A stretch of 53,944 nt of DNA from Chitinophagaceae bacterium (GCA_035526625.1 DATLCB010000247.1:1-53944), one strand, 5' to 3'. Positions 1 to 9,326 are shown, numbered from the stretch's first letter. A program made the numbers and translations. Notes: generated by a model from the sequence alone, not told the origin.

Positions 1-552
1 CAGCGAACCAGCAACATAATTCTTGTCCTCTGGAGCGCCGATCTCTACTGATGCGTCATCTTCTTTTACATTAATGATCCATTTCCCGGACGCTTTGATC
101 CCCTCTAACAGGTACGATGGATCTTCCTGGCTATTGGTGTACCAGTCATAATCAAAATAAGCTGGCACATCATCTTTGAGGTCCACCTTGAAAGCAGAGT
201 CTGCTTTTTCAAACATCCTTTTCTGATCAAGGAGGAAGGCGTCGCCGAGCTGCGGTATCGAGTCGTTGATAAAGTCCTGGTATTTCTTTACTTCATCCCA
301 GTTCATTTTATAGGGGGCTTCGTTCTTCTTTTTGATACTGCTATACAGATCATAACCCATCAGCTTTTTATAATGGCTGTTATACCAGTTATAGAAATCG
401 ATAATAACGGCCCTGATAGCGGCAGAGTCCGATGCGGTATCCGTGGACACCTCCACGGTAGTACCTGCCACCGGCTCTTTGTTCTCCTCTTTTTTGTTAT
501 TACAGGCGATGATAGTGATCATCGCAAAAAGAAAAATGATTGCTTGTTTCAT
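1..552 (-). CDS. Partial lipoprotein (3' end runs off the window), possibly DUF3828/YbjP-like
   Basis: Not in the ORF track. Translated by hand from ATG at 552: MKQAIIFLFAMITIIAC-NNKK (lipobox Cys), open to base 1 (184 codons), with IIDFYNWY and FDYDWYTNSQEDP motifs. Confidence 0.75.
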   Translation of the reverse strand, partial: MKQAIIFLFAMITIIACNNKKEENKEPVAGTTVEVSTDTASDSAAIRAVIIDFYNWYNSHYKKLMGYDLYSSIKKKNEAPYKMNWDEVKKYQDFINDSIPQLGDAFLLDQKRMFEKADSAFKVDLKDDVPAYFDYDWYTNSQEDPSYLLEGIKASGKWIINVKEDDASVEIGAPEDKNYVAGSL

Positions 553-561
553 GAGATCGTT

Positions 562-1902
562 TTATGGTGTTTTTAAATTTTTCTCATTCACGCTCCAGTC
601 GGCCAGTTTATTGCCTTTGAGTCCATAAAAAGTAACGGTGAGTGTCCTGTTGCCCCTTGGACCACTGAAAGAAAATTTTCCATAATTCTGTTCTTCATCG
701 ATACCCACGATCCTGTAAGGGTTGTTCTTTTCTGGTCCACCAAAGCTATGAGTACCTGAAGTAAGCGGTGATACTGTGATATCATATAAAGGGTACGTAC
801 CCGGCCTGTCTACTTTAATGATCTCGCTATGGTGCCTGTCGCCTGTAAGGAAAACAACACCGGTGATCTTATTTTCTTTTAGAAAATCCATCATCTCATT
901 ATACTCAGCAGGGTAATTCCACCAGCAATCAAAGGGTGAGACTGGATTGAGCACCTGGCTGCCGACAACAATGATCTTAAAAACAGCACTGCTGTACAGC
1001 AACGAATTCTTCAACCATTCCATCTGCTGTCGGCCCAACATCTCCTTTTCGGGATTAGGGAAACCATTTATGGAATCCTTCATTTTATCCGCACTTCTCC
1101 ACCAACGATCATCGGTCATAAAAATATCCGCATCTCCCCAGCTTTGCATGGTATAGATACCCTCTCCTTTTTCTCCGGCAGAGGCGTTGCAGAAATAACT
1201 GTTGAATACTTTCCGGCTGGCTTCTTTAAGGATATAGTTTTTACCAATATCATTTGGACCGTAGTCGTGATCATCCCAAATCGCGACATGGGGCATAGCC
1301 TTTAAGAAATTTTGCAGGATAGGCAGGGCCCGGTCATGGCTCGCCCTGTTCCATAGTCCCCATTCACTATAATAATCTACTTCTCTTGTGTACCAGGCAT
1401 CTCCTAACCAAAGCATAAAGGCGGATCTTTCTTTTGCCATCACTTCGAAAATGGAGGAATCTTTTCCATAAGGGATGCCTGGTCGATCAAATTCCGGTTG
1501 GTTAAAATAAGAGCAGGAACCCGTGAGGAAATTAAAATCAGGCGCCGGCTTTCTCCATTGCCATAGATCTTTGGTAGTGAACTCCCCACTCTTAGCAACT
1601 GGTTTTCCATTAACCAGGAATTTATACTGGTAGGTGGAATTTATCTCAAGGCCTCCGATGGCAAAACAAATAGGGTTGAATTCATTTCCCAGTTCTCCTT
1701 TATAAATTATGGTTTTATTCTGGGAGCCTCCTTTCTTATTATACTGGAGTGAAACCGTTTTCACTTCAGGTGATACTTCCAGCCACACTTTCGCATCCCG
1801 TAATTCAACGGGCCCCAGCATAGGACCTGAAATGATGCGTGGTTGTGCCGCTAGCAAGAGGGAAAGAAATAAAGAGACAGCGAGAAAAATTAAGTTTCGC
1901 AT
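562..1902 (-). CDS. phoD: PhoD-like alkaline phosphatase D family metallophosphoesterase
   Basis: Signal peptide from MRNLIF (ATG 1902); motifs GSC, WLGDAWY, WDDHD, TGDRH. Confidence 0.85.
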   Translation of the reverse strand: MRNLIFLAVSLFLSLLLAAQPRIISGPMLGPVELRDAKVWLEVSPEVKTVSLQYNKKGGSQNKTIIYKGELGNEFNPICFAIGGLEINSTYQYKFLVNGKPVAKSGEFTTKDLWQWRKPAPDFNFLTGSCSYFNQPEFDRPGIPYGKDSSIFEVMAKERSAFMLWLGDAWYTREVDYYSEWGLWNRASHDRALPILQNFLKAMPHVAIWDDHDYGPNDIGKNYILKEASRKVFNSYFCNASAGEKGEGIYTMQSWGDADIFMTDDRWWRSADKMKDSINGFPNPEKEMLGRQQMEWLKNSLLYSSAVFKIIVVGSQVLNPVSPFDCWWNYPAEYNEMMDFLKENKITGVVFLTGDRHHSEIIKVDRPGTYPLYDITVSPLTSGTHSFGGPEKNNPYRIVGIDEEQNYGKFSFSGPRGNRTLTVTFYGLKGNKLADWSVNEKNLKTP

Positions 1903-1973
1903 GAGGTGCATTTTGTCCGAAGAACCTCTCCGGGGAACACAAAGTAAGTCAGAAATCAAAATATCATAAAAGA

Positions 1974-2003
1974 AAAGCCGTCCTGCTAATGCGGAACGGC
2001 TTA
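1974..2003 (-). terminator. Probable intrinsic terminator after the collagen-like gene
   Basis: AAGCCGT...ACGGCTT stem next to an A-rich tract (T tract on the minus strand). Confidence 0.55.
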
Positions 2004-2025
2004 TTATTTTTTTTACAACAAAAAT

Positions 2026-2724
2026 TTATTGCGGTATTCTCAGCAGGCTACAAACCTGTGAATAGCTCATGTATTTCAACTGTGTTTCAGTATAAGTTTG
2101 ACCATTGATATCAGCTATCTTCTCAGATATTCCCCTGCCTCCAGCTACAGCACCTGGAATGATCACGTACCGGAATTGCGCCGCGCCTATAGCACCAAAT
2201 GGTACAGCAACCGCAGCGTTGTTGGGCATCCAAAAGAAATAAACGATCTTATTTAATGCTGGCCGGGAGTCCATCTGAATTGGAGTAGTCCCAATAGCAA
2301 AAGTCCATGGTAAAGAAATAGTGCCGTTACCAATATTTGAAGATCTGAAATAAGAGAGGACAATTCCCTGGTCTAATACCGCCTGGCTCAGGCTTGGTGC
2401 AGTAACGATAAACCTTTTCGCATTACCGTTAATTGAGCTCATAAAAGTATCAACGCCCCATGAAGTAGGTTCATTGATCCATGCTGAATAAATAACATTA
2501 GCCGATCCGGCAGGACCAGCAGGACCAGCGGGACCAACAGGACCAACGGGGCCAGCAGGACCAGTGGGGCCAATTGCACCGGCAGGACCGGCAGGACCCA
2601 CACCTCCTTGCGGACCTTGTGCTCCCTGAGCACCGGCAGGACCTTCAGGACCTTCTTTTGTACAACTTATGGCTATAAGGGTAATAGCTAACGCTAAGAG
2701 AGACAGTAGTCTGAACTTTCTCAT
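2026..2724 (-). CDS. Collagen-like lipoprotein
   Basis: Lipobox AISC followed by 17 uninterrupted Gly-X-Y triplets, then a globular domain (NVIYSAW...FRYVIIPG). Confidence 0.85.
   Translation of the reverse strand: MRKFRLLSLLALAITLIAISCTKEGPEGPAGAQGAQGPQGGVGPAGPAGAIGPTGPAGPVGPVGPAGPAGPAGSANVIYSAWINEPTSWGVDTFMSSINGNAKRFIVTAPSLSQAVLDQGIVLSYFRSSNIGNGTISLPWTFAIGTTPIQMDSRPALNKIVYFFWMPNNAAVAVPFGAIGAAQFRYVIIPGAVAGGRGISEKIADINGQTYTETQLKYMSYSQVCSLLRIPQ
2500..2652 (-). repeat. 9-bp codon repeat encoding the Gly-X-Y collagen tract
   Basis: GGACCAGCA/GGACCGGCA-type units; GPE GPA GAQ ... GPA GSA. Confidence 0.9.
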
Positions 2725-2874
2725 AAAAGTTTGATTTGGCTGTTAATTAGTTTCGGTTTTAAAAATAAAGGGAATTTCCCTTTCCACCAAGATATTTTAA
2801 AGTTAAAGGAAAAAAAGTCAAATCACTATGTACCAGCCAAAAAAATCATGTATTGCCGTTTTTTCCTGAACCTC

Positions 2875-2882
2875 TATATTTG
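2875..2882 (+). promoter_or_regulatory. Bacteroidota -7 promoter element TATATTTG
   Basis: Matches TAnnTTTG about 20 bp upstream of ATG 2902. Confidence 0.5.
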
Positions 2883-2901
2883 TTACTTAACCTTCCTAAT
2901 T

Positions 2902-3651
2902 ATGCGTATCACCAGGAGTCTTTTATTGGTTTCGGTTTTGCTATTTATGGCCAGTGCTAATGCACAGTTCAAAAAAGGCGACAGGATGGTGGGGACGACC
3001 CTGGCCAGTGCCGTTTTTAATTCAGGAAGCTCAGAAATTTCTGTAGCCCAGATTGGGAATAATACATCAAAAATAACAAGCTATAATCTGAGTATTTCAC
3101 CTTCTTTAGGATGGTTTGTCTCAGAAAATACTGTTGTCGGCGGCATCCTTACTATTAATCCTTCGGGGAATAAAACAACCTATGAGCAAAACGGGAGTAC
3201 TTTTCAAAGCGACAAGTATAACAGCTTTAATATCGGCCTTGGAGGTTTTGTACGACATTACCTGAATAGCACAGGGAACATGATGCCTTTTGGACAGTTT
3301 GGTTTTAATGTGGGGATCAGCAGTCTTAAAACCGAAGGGTTTTTTTATGGCGGTACTTCTCCAAATGCTTATAAAATATCCTATGATGGTAGCTCAAGTG
3401 GCGGTTTTTATGCCAACGCTACTATCCAGGCAGGTCTTACAAAAATGGTAGGCGATAATGCAGGGCTTGATCTTTTCATTGGATATAACTACGGTTATAA
3501 TAAAAATACTTTTGTCAAAACAACCCTTCGCGATAATGGTAATGATGGTACCGTTGATGAGACGTTGAAAAATGAAACAACTACCAAGTTTACCAATCAC
3601 GGTATACTGCTGGGGGTTGGCTTCCAGGTCTTCCTGAGAAAAAAGAAATAA
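2902..3651 (+). CDS. Outer membrane beta-barrel protein
   Basis: Signal peptide MRITRSLL...ANAQ, alternating beta-strand pattern, C-terminal VGFQVFL; ATG 2902 preferred over 2731. Confidence 0.75.
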   Translation: MRITRSLLLVSVLLFMASANAQFKKGDRMVGTTLASAVFNSGSSEISVAQIGNNTSKITSYNLSISPSLGWFVSENTVVGGILTINPSGNKTTYEQNGSTFQSDKYNSFNIGLGGFVRHYLNSTGNMMPFGQFGFNVGISSLKTEGFFYGGTSPNAYKISYDGSSSGGFYANATIQAGLTKMVGDNAGLDLFIGYNYGYNKNTFVKTTLRDNGNDGTVDETLKNETTTKFTNHGILLGVGFQVFLRKKK

Positions 3652-3668
3652 ACAAAGACCTCTTAAAT

Positions 3669-3698
3669 AAAAGCCCCATCCAGAAGGAAGGGGCTTTT
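3669..3698. terminator. Bidirectional intrinsic terminator between convergent genes
   Basis: AAAAGCCCC...GGGGCTTTT inverted repeat. Confidence 0.75.
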
Positions 3699-3721
3699 TC
3701 TATATATAAATTTTGGTTCTC

Positions 3722-4534
3722 TTACTTATTCATCAGCTGTTTTGCTTCGATGCTTAAAGTTGCATGCGGAACCGCTCTCAGTCGGGCTTTGTCGATCAGT
3801 TTGCCTGTTACCCTGCAAATACCATAGGTCTTGTTCTCAATCCGCATCATTGCTTTTTCCAGGTGATCGATAAAAGTGATCTGGCGACTGGCCATCTGGC
3901 TCAGCTGTTCTCTTTCCATACTTACACTGCCATCTTCCATGGTCATATAACGGGCTTCATCCATATCGCCACCTTCGTCTTTGCGTGTGATCAAACCCTG
4001 CAGGTAAGCAAGCTCTTTTTTAGCGGCATCCAGTTTCTTTTGAATGATCTCCCTGAATTCGCCGAGGTCTGTATCAGAATACCGCATAGTGGGTCCCGAC
4101 TGCATGACAAGTCCTGAAGCATCCAGTATGGACTTGGTGAACTCGGGCTCATACTTCACCGAAGATTTAGTGGTCGTCTTCGGTATAACCATCTTAGCCG
4201 GTTTAGGCGGTTCTTTTTTAATGACCGGTTGCACCTTTGGTTTAATTGACACGAGTGATTTCGGGTCAACTGAACCTGGTTTTTTTGCCACAGGCTTAGG
4301 TGCTGGGGGTTCAGCTTTGGGAACCACTTTTACCACAGGTTTAGCCGCAGGCTTTGGGGCGGGTTTCTTAGCTACAGGTTTGGCCGCTTTTTTAGGAGCA
4401 GGCTTAACCGCTTTTTTCGGGGGTTTAGGTGCAGATTTTTTCACAGTTTTCTTTGCTGCCGGTTTTTTAGGAGCAGCTTTTTTAGGGGCGGGCTTGGCTG
4501 CCTTTTTAGGGGCTTTTTTCTTTTTAGTTGCCAT
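3722..4534 (-). CDS. dksA: TraR/DksA family regulator with a long Lys/Ala/Pro-rich N-terminal extension
   Basis: C-terminal coiled coil and YGICRVTGKLIDKARLRAVPHATLSIEAK; starts 3 bp after the ileS stop. Confidence 0.85.
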   Translation of the reverse strand: MATKKKKAPKKAAKPAPKKAAPKKPAAKKTVKKSAPKPPKKAVKPAPKKAAKPVAKKPAPKPAAKPVVKVVPKAEPPAPKPVAKKPGSVDPKSLVSIKPKVQPVIKKEPPKPAKMVIPKTTTKSSVKYEPEFTKSILDASGLVMQSGPTMRYSDTDLGEFREIIQKKLDAAKKELAYLQGLITRKDEGGDMDEARYMTMEDGSVSMEREQLSQMASRQITFIDHLEKAMMRIENKTYGICRVTGKLIDKARLRAVPHATLSIEAKQLMNK

Positions 4535-4537
4535 ATA

Positions 4538-7500
4538 TTACCCTTTTTTTGAAACAATCACATTTAGCAAAACATCGTTTATATCGATCTCGGTTCCGGT
4601 CTTTATATCAGCCACAAATTCCAGCGTATCTGCCAGAATTTCGGCGCAAATATAGTCTTTAAACTTAGCCAAAGAATCTTTTAATCCTTGCCCAACTTTG
4701 TCATTCAGGCCGGCATTGACTGCTGACACTTTAACATCTACTCTGTCTGTAAGCTCAAACCCGCTGTCTTTGCGGATCTTTTGGATCCTGTTCACAAATT
4801 CCCGTGCATTGCCTTCCGCTTCCAGTTCCGGGGTCAGTGTTACATCCAGTGCTACAGTCAGATTTCCCTGGGTGGCTACGGTCCAGCCGGGAATGTCTTC
4901 ACTGGTTATTTCGACTTCGGCAATCTGTAATATTACAGGTTCGCCATCAACTTGCAAATTATATTGACCCTCTTTTTCCAACAAAGCAATGTCTTCCTGG
5001 CTGAATCGAGCCAGTGCGGCAGATACTGCTTTCATCTTTGGCCCGAGTTTTTTGCCTAGTGCAACGAAGTTTGGTTTTATCTTTTTACTGATAAACGTGT
5101 TATCAGCATCAAGGTATTCGATTCCCTTTACATTCACTTCCGCCTTGAGCAGATCCTCTATTTTCTGCAGCTGTTCCTTCATGGAGGGGTTCAATACCGG
5201 TATCAAAACTTTTTGCAAGGGCTGTCTCACTTTGATGTTCGCTTTTTTACGAAGCGATAATACCAGGGAAGAAGCATCCTGTGCTAATTGCATTCTTTCC
5301 TCCAATGGGCCGTCGATAACCGAGGTGTTGGCCACGGGATAATCAGCATGGTGTACTGACCCGATCTTAAACCTGCCCGTGACCGCATTAAGGTTTTGAA
5401 AAATTGTATCACTGAAGAAAGGTGATATCGGCGCTACCAGTCTTGCCAGGGTTTCCAGGCATTCATATAAAGTTTGATAGGCGCAGATCTTATCCTGCTC
5501 ATATTCTCCCTTCCAGAATCTTCTCCTGCATAAACGGACATACCAGTTGCTCAGATGTTCATCCACAAAATCTTCGATCACACGGCCAGCCTGTGTTGGT
5601 TCATAGTCATCCATGTATTCACCGGCTTTCTTTACCACTGTATTCAGGGAAGAAAGTATCCAACGATCGATCTCGGGACGATCCTTGATGGGTATATAGT
5701 CTTCTTTGAAAGCAAATCCATCAACATTGGAATACAAAGCAAAGAACTGGTACGTGTTATAAAGTGTCCCAAAGAACTTTCGCTGTACTTCTTTGATGCC
5801 GTCGAGGTCAAACTTCATATTATCCCAGGGCGAAGCATTGGTGACCAGGTACCATCTTGTTGCATCAGCGCCGAAGGTCTCAATGGTCTTAAAAGGATCC
5901 ACCACGTTACCCAGTCTTTTACTCATTTTATTACCGTTCTTATCCAGCACCAACCCATTACTGACAACGGTTTTATAAGCCACCGAATCAAATACCAGGG
6001 ACGCGATAGCATGTAATGTGTAGAACCAGCCTCTTGTCTGGTCAACTCCTTCAGCGATGTAATCAGCAGGAAAAACAACCTCCCCACGCCCCTCCGAAGA
6101 AGGGGTTCCCGAAGCCTCATGATACTTGAAAAAATTTTCCGGGCTAAGAGGACCAAACTTATTTGAGCTTGTATCTGGTAAACCCCATTGCGCATAAGGC
6201 ATGGCGCCGGAGTCGAACCAAACATCGATCAGGTCAGGCACCCGCTGCATGGGTTTGCCGGATGCACTTACCAATGTGATATCATCAACATAAGGCTTGT
6301 GCAGATCTAATATTCCTTCGTGCAGATAATGCTTATTGGTTTCTCCAACCAGAACATCAGCAGCTTTTCTTATTTCCGCATTCAATTCTTCTATGCTCCC
6401 GATACATTTCTCCTCTTCACCATCTTCCGTTTTCCAGATCGGCAGAGGTGTACCCCAGAATCTTGAACGGCTGAGGTTCCAGTCCACCATGTTCTCGAGC
6501 CAGTTGCCGAAACGTCCTTCGCCCGTTGACTTTGGTTTCCAGTTGATGGTTTTATTCAATTCCACCATCCTGTCCTTGATAGCTGTGGTCCTGATGAACC
6601 ATGCATCTAATGGATAATATAAAACAGGCTTATCCGTTCGCCAGCAATGGGGATAGCTATGCTCGTATTTTTCTACTTTGAAAGCCCTGTTCTCTTTCTT
6701 TAGTTTTACCGCGATGTCAACGTTTACATCAACGTATTTAGGATCGTCTTTATAATTCTTTACATAGCGGTTGCTGAACTCTCCCAATCCATCTACGAAT
6801 TTTCCTTCCCGGTCAACCATGGTGAGAATACCAATGCCATATTTTTTACCGACTTTAAAGTCATCAGCACCAAAAGCAGGAGCTGTATGCACAATACCGG
6901 TACCGTCTTCGGTAGTAACAAAACTGTCAACCAATACCCTGAAAGGATCACCACCGGAATTGGCAGCGCTATTAGCATCGTAGGGCAGTAATTGTTCGTA
7001 CCGGCACTCTTCAATTTGCGATCCTTTAAATTCACTTAATATCTCCCATTCAACAGCTTTTTTCTTAGCCTCATCGTCTTGACTAATGATGGAATATTTG
7101 GACCCTACCTTGTCGCTTGCACTTGTTCCATCAAAATATTTAGACATCAATTGTTTTGCTAAAACAACATTCACGGGAATGTGCAGGTAAGGATTAAATG
7201 TTCTTATCAACACATAATCGATATTAGCCCCTACTGTCAATCCTAAGTTTGAAGGTAATGTCCAGGGTGTGGTCGTCCAGGCAAGAAAGAAAACTTCTGA
7301 GTCGATGGTGGTCAACTGTGAATCACCTTCGACTGCTTTAAACAAGAATTCACTCTTTTCATTCCTTATTGCTTTGAACATGGCCACCGCAGAAGTGTCC
7401 TTCACATCTTTATAAGTTCCTGGTTGATTCAGTTCATGTGAACTCAAACCGGTTCCCGCTGCAGGTGAGTAAGGCTGAATGCTCACACTTTCATAGAGCA

Positions 7501-8017
7501 AACCTTTTTTATATAACTCACTCAGCAACCACCAGACTGTTTCGATGTATTCGTTATGATAGGTGATGTAAGGATCGTCCAGGTCGACCCAGTAGCCCAT
7601 CTTACGGGTTATATCGTCCCATTTGTCTTTATAGCGCAATACCGCTTCCCTGCACTTCTTATTATACTCCTCAACAGATATTTTTTTGCCGATATCTTCT
7701 TTTGTTATGCCTAATTCTTTCTCTACTCCCAGTTCGATGGGCAACCCATGCGTATCCCATCCGCCCTTTCTTTTCACCTGGAAACCTTTCATGGTCTTGT
7801 AGCGGCAAACGAGATCCTTTAATGTTCTTGAGATGACATGGTGGATACCGGGCATACCATTAGCGCTGGGCGGACCTTCATAAAAAACGAAAGGGGTAGC
7901 GCCTTCCCGCAGAGAGACGCTTTGTTCAAATGCCTGTGTCTCAGTCCAACGAGCTAACATCTCCTGTTCGAAAGCAGGTAAGTTCAAGCCAGTAAATTCA
8001 TGGTATTTAACGCTCAT
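4538..8017 (-). CDS. ileS: Isoleucine--tRNA ligase (IleRS2 type)
   Basis: FYEGPPSANGMPGIHH, GWDTHGLP, WTTTPWT, GTGIVH, KMSKR, long C-terminal domain. Confidence 0.97.
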   Translation of the reverse strand: MSVKYHEFTGLNLPAFEQEMLARWTETQAFEQSVSLREGATPFVFYEGPPSANGMPGIHHVISRTLKDLVCRYKTMKGFQVKRKGGWDTHGLPIELGVEKELGITKEDIGKKISVEEYNKKCREAVLRYKDKWDDITRKMGYWVDLDDPYITYHNEYIETVWWLLSELYKKGLLYESVSIQPYSPAAGTGLSSHELNQPGTYKDVKDTSAVAMFKAIRNEKSEFLFKAVEGDSQLTTIDSEVFFLAWTTTPWTLPSNLGLTVGANIDYVLIRTFNPYLHIPVNVVLAKQLMSKYFDGTSASDKVGSKYSIISQDDEAKKKAVEWEILSEFKGSQIEECRYEQLLPYDANSAANSGGDPFRVLVDSFVTTEDGTGIVHTAPAFGADDFKVGKKYGIGILTMVDREGKFVDGLGEFSNRYVKNYKDDPKYVDVNVDIAVKLKKENRAFKVEKYEHSYPHCWRTDKPVLYYPLDAWFIRTTAIKDRMVELNKTINWKPKSTGEGRFGNWLENMVDWNLSRSRFWGTPLPIWKTEDGEEEKCIGSIEELNAEIRKAADVLVGETNKHYLHEGILDLHKPYVDDITLVSASGKPMQRVPDLIDVWFDSGAMPYAQWGLPDTSSNKFGPLSPENFFKYHEASGTPSSEGRGEVVFPADYIAEGVDQTRGWFYTLHAIASLVFDSVAYKTVVSNGLVLDKNGNKMSKRLGNVVDPFKTIETFGADATRWYLVTNASPWDNMKFDLDGIKEVQRKFFGTLYNTYQFFALYSNVDGFAFKEDYIPIKDRPEIDRWILSSLNTVVKKAGEYMDDYEPTQAGRVIEDFVDEHLSNWYVRLCRRRFWKGEYEQDKICAYQTLYECLETLARLVAPISPFFSDTIFQNLNAVTGRFKIGSVHHADYPVANTSVIDGPLEERMQLAQDASSLVLSLRKKANIKVRQPLQKVLIPVLNPSMKEQLQKIEDLLKAEVNVKGIEYLDADNTFISKKIKPNFVALGKKLGPKMKAVSAALARFSQEDIALLEKEGQYNLQVDGEPVILQIAEVEITSEDIPGWTVATQGNLTVALDVTLTPELEAEGNAREFVNRIQKIRKDSGFELTDRVDVKVSAVNAGLNDKVGQGLKDSLAKFKDYICAEILADTLEFVADIKTGTEIDINDVLLNVIVSKKG
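6078..6106. repeat. 29-bp GC hairpin element in frame inside ileS (copy 1)
   Basis: ACCTCCCCACGCCCCTCCGAAGAAGGGGT, 24/29 identical to 48737-48765. Confidence 0.75.
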
Positions 8018-8109
8018 ATCCTTACTAAAAGGGGGCGAAGTTACAATATAAAGGCAAGACCAAAAGAGGGAAAGTCCGGAAGGATAGTAGTTAATTCAAA
8101 TAGCAAGAC

Positions 8110-8194
8110 CTTACCACAGATAGCACAGATTAAATACACAAGATTACCAGGGGTAATATAACCCGATGCCTGTCAGGTCCGTGGTAAATTTCAA
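8110..8194. repeat. MITE-like dispersed element, copy 1
   Basis: Left 31 bp 30/31 and right 32 bp 27/32 identical to 30482-30582; inverted ends TTACCACAGA/TCCGTGGTAA. Confidence 0.85.
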
Positions 8195-8277
8195 TATTCT
8201 ATTAGCGTCCGGAAGCGTCTCATTAAACAAAATGATCTTCCAGACTTCCGGCACTTCCGTCTCTCCGACTATATTTA

Positions 8278-9216
8278 TTAATGTGTACCCGCGGTAATTT
8301 TTTCTTCCTGCCCGATAAAACGCGTGATCTCCGCTTTGATCCTGCTATAGATATCTTTCTCCATTATTTTCTTATCGGCATACTCTTTAGCCTGGGCAAT
8401 AAGAAATTCATGCAAGAATTTTCCATCAATTTTATTTTTGAGAGCGATGGTATCATGATCATTGATATAACCGGCCCATACTTTGCGGACCCTTCCCCAA
8501 TAGTCTTTATTTTTTTCCCAATAATCCTGAGCGGCGGCACATTCCTTATCAGCGATCTTTTTATAGGTGTTGAGTCCTTTTTCTTCTACCAGCAATTTAT
8601 CTTTCCCGTTCACCCTGATCATTTTTTGATTGTCCTGTTCATGCACATAGCCACTGTCGGTAATATTTATCCTGTTGGTCCTTCTCAGAATATTATAATC
8701 GCTCCGGACAGAATATTCTCTTCTTGGAAGCGGTGCATCCGTAGTGTTCTGCCAGGTGACCCTGCCATCGAGATCAACCAACTGGCTAAAACCCTGGTAC
8801 CGCGGTTCGTCGGCTACTTCCCAAACTGTCTGTGTCCATTTTCCTTTTACTTGCTCAGCGGGAACTGTTTCCTTTACCCATGTTCTATCTCCCTTATATT
8901 TCCAGAGCACAGGATTTTCATATGTCCATTCTTCCCGCCAGTGTTTAACTATCGTTTTCGGTCCTACTACCAGCAAATGCTGGATCACGATCTTCTTATC
9001 ACTTACTTCAATGGGTAAGGCTAGTTCAGCCGTGCCACCCGTCTCTTCACGTTCATGGTATTTATAATCCGGGTTGGGAGAAAAGGTTTCAGCATATTTA
9101 AAGGAAACTTCAAAACAGCCGCAAAGTTTGTCTACAATTTTCCTATCGTTGTTTTTTTGAGCCAGCAGTGAAAAGCTTGTGATTAGTGGCACCGCAATAC
9201 TTGTCCATCTTTTCAT
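8278..9216 (-). CDS. DUF6607 family protein
   Basis: GCFEVSFKYAETF, QHLLVV, KHWREEW, PRYQG, APLPRREY motifs; signal peptide from MKRWT. Confidence 0.75.
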   Translation of the reverse strand: MKRWTSIAVPLITSFSLLAQKNNDRKIVDKLCGCFEVSFKYAETFSPNPDYKYHEREETGGTAELALPIEVSDKKIVIQHLLVVGPKTIVKHWREEWTYENPVLWKYKGDRTWVKETVPAEQVKGKWTQTVWEVADEPRYQGFSQLVDLDGRVTWQNTTDAPLPRREYSVRSDYNILRRTNRINITDSGYVHEQDNQKMIRVNGKDKLLVEEKGLNTYKKIADKECAAAQDYWEKNKDYWGRVRKVWAGYINDHDTIALKNKIDGKFLHEFLIAQAKEYADKKIMEKDIYSRIKAEITRFIGQEEKITAGTH

Positions 9217-9299
9217 ATAGGGATTGATTTGCCGCAAAGAAACGGAGGTGGCAATGGTATGACTTACGGAATCCGAAAAGGAGTTTACGCAAAAAGAAA

Positions 9300-9326
9300 A
9301 AGCATCCGCAGGGCCCGCGGATGCTT
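9300..9326 (-). terminator. Intrinsic terminator after hmuY
   Basis: 10-bp stem AAGCATCCGC/GCGGATGCTT with T-rich tail on the minus strand. Confidence 0.75.

Noticed and set aside
4044-4655. 203-aa plus-strand ORF rich in F/L/A/G
   Set aside because: Antisense shadow of the Lys/Ala/Pro tail of the DksA-like gene.
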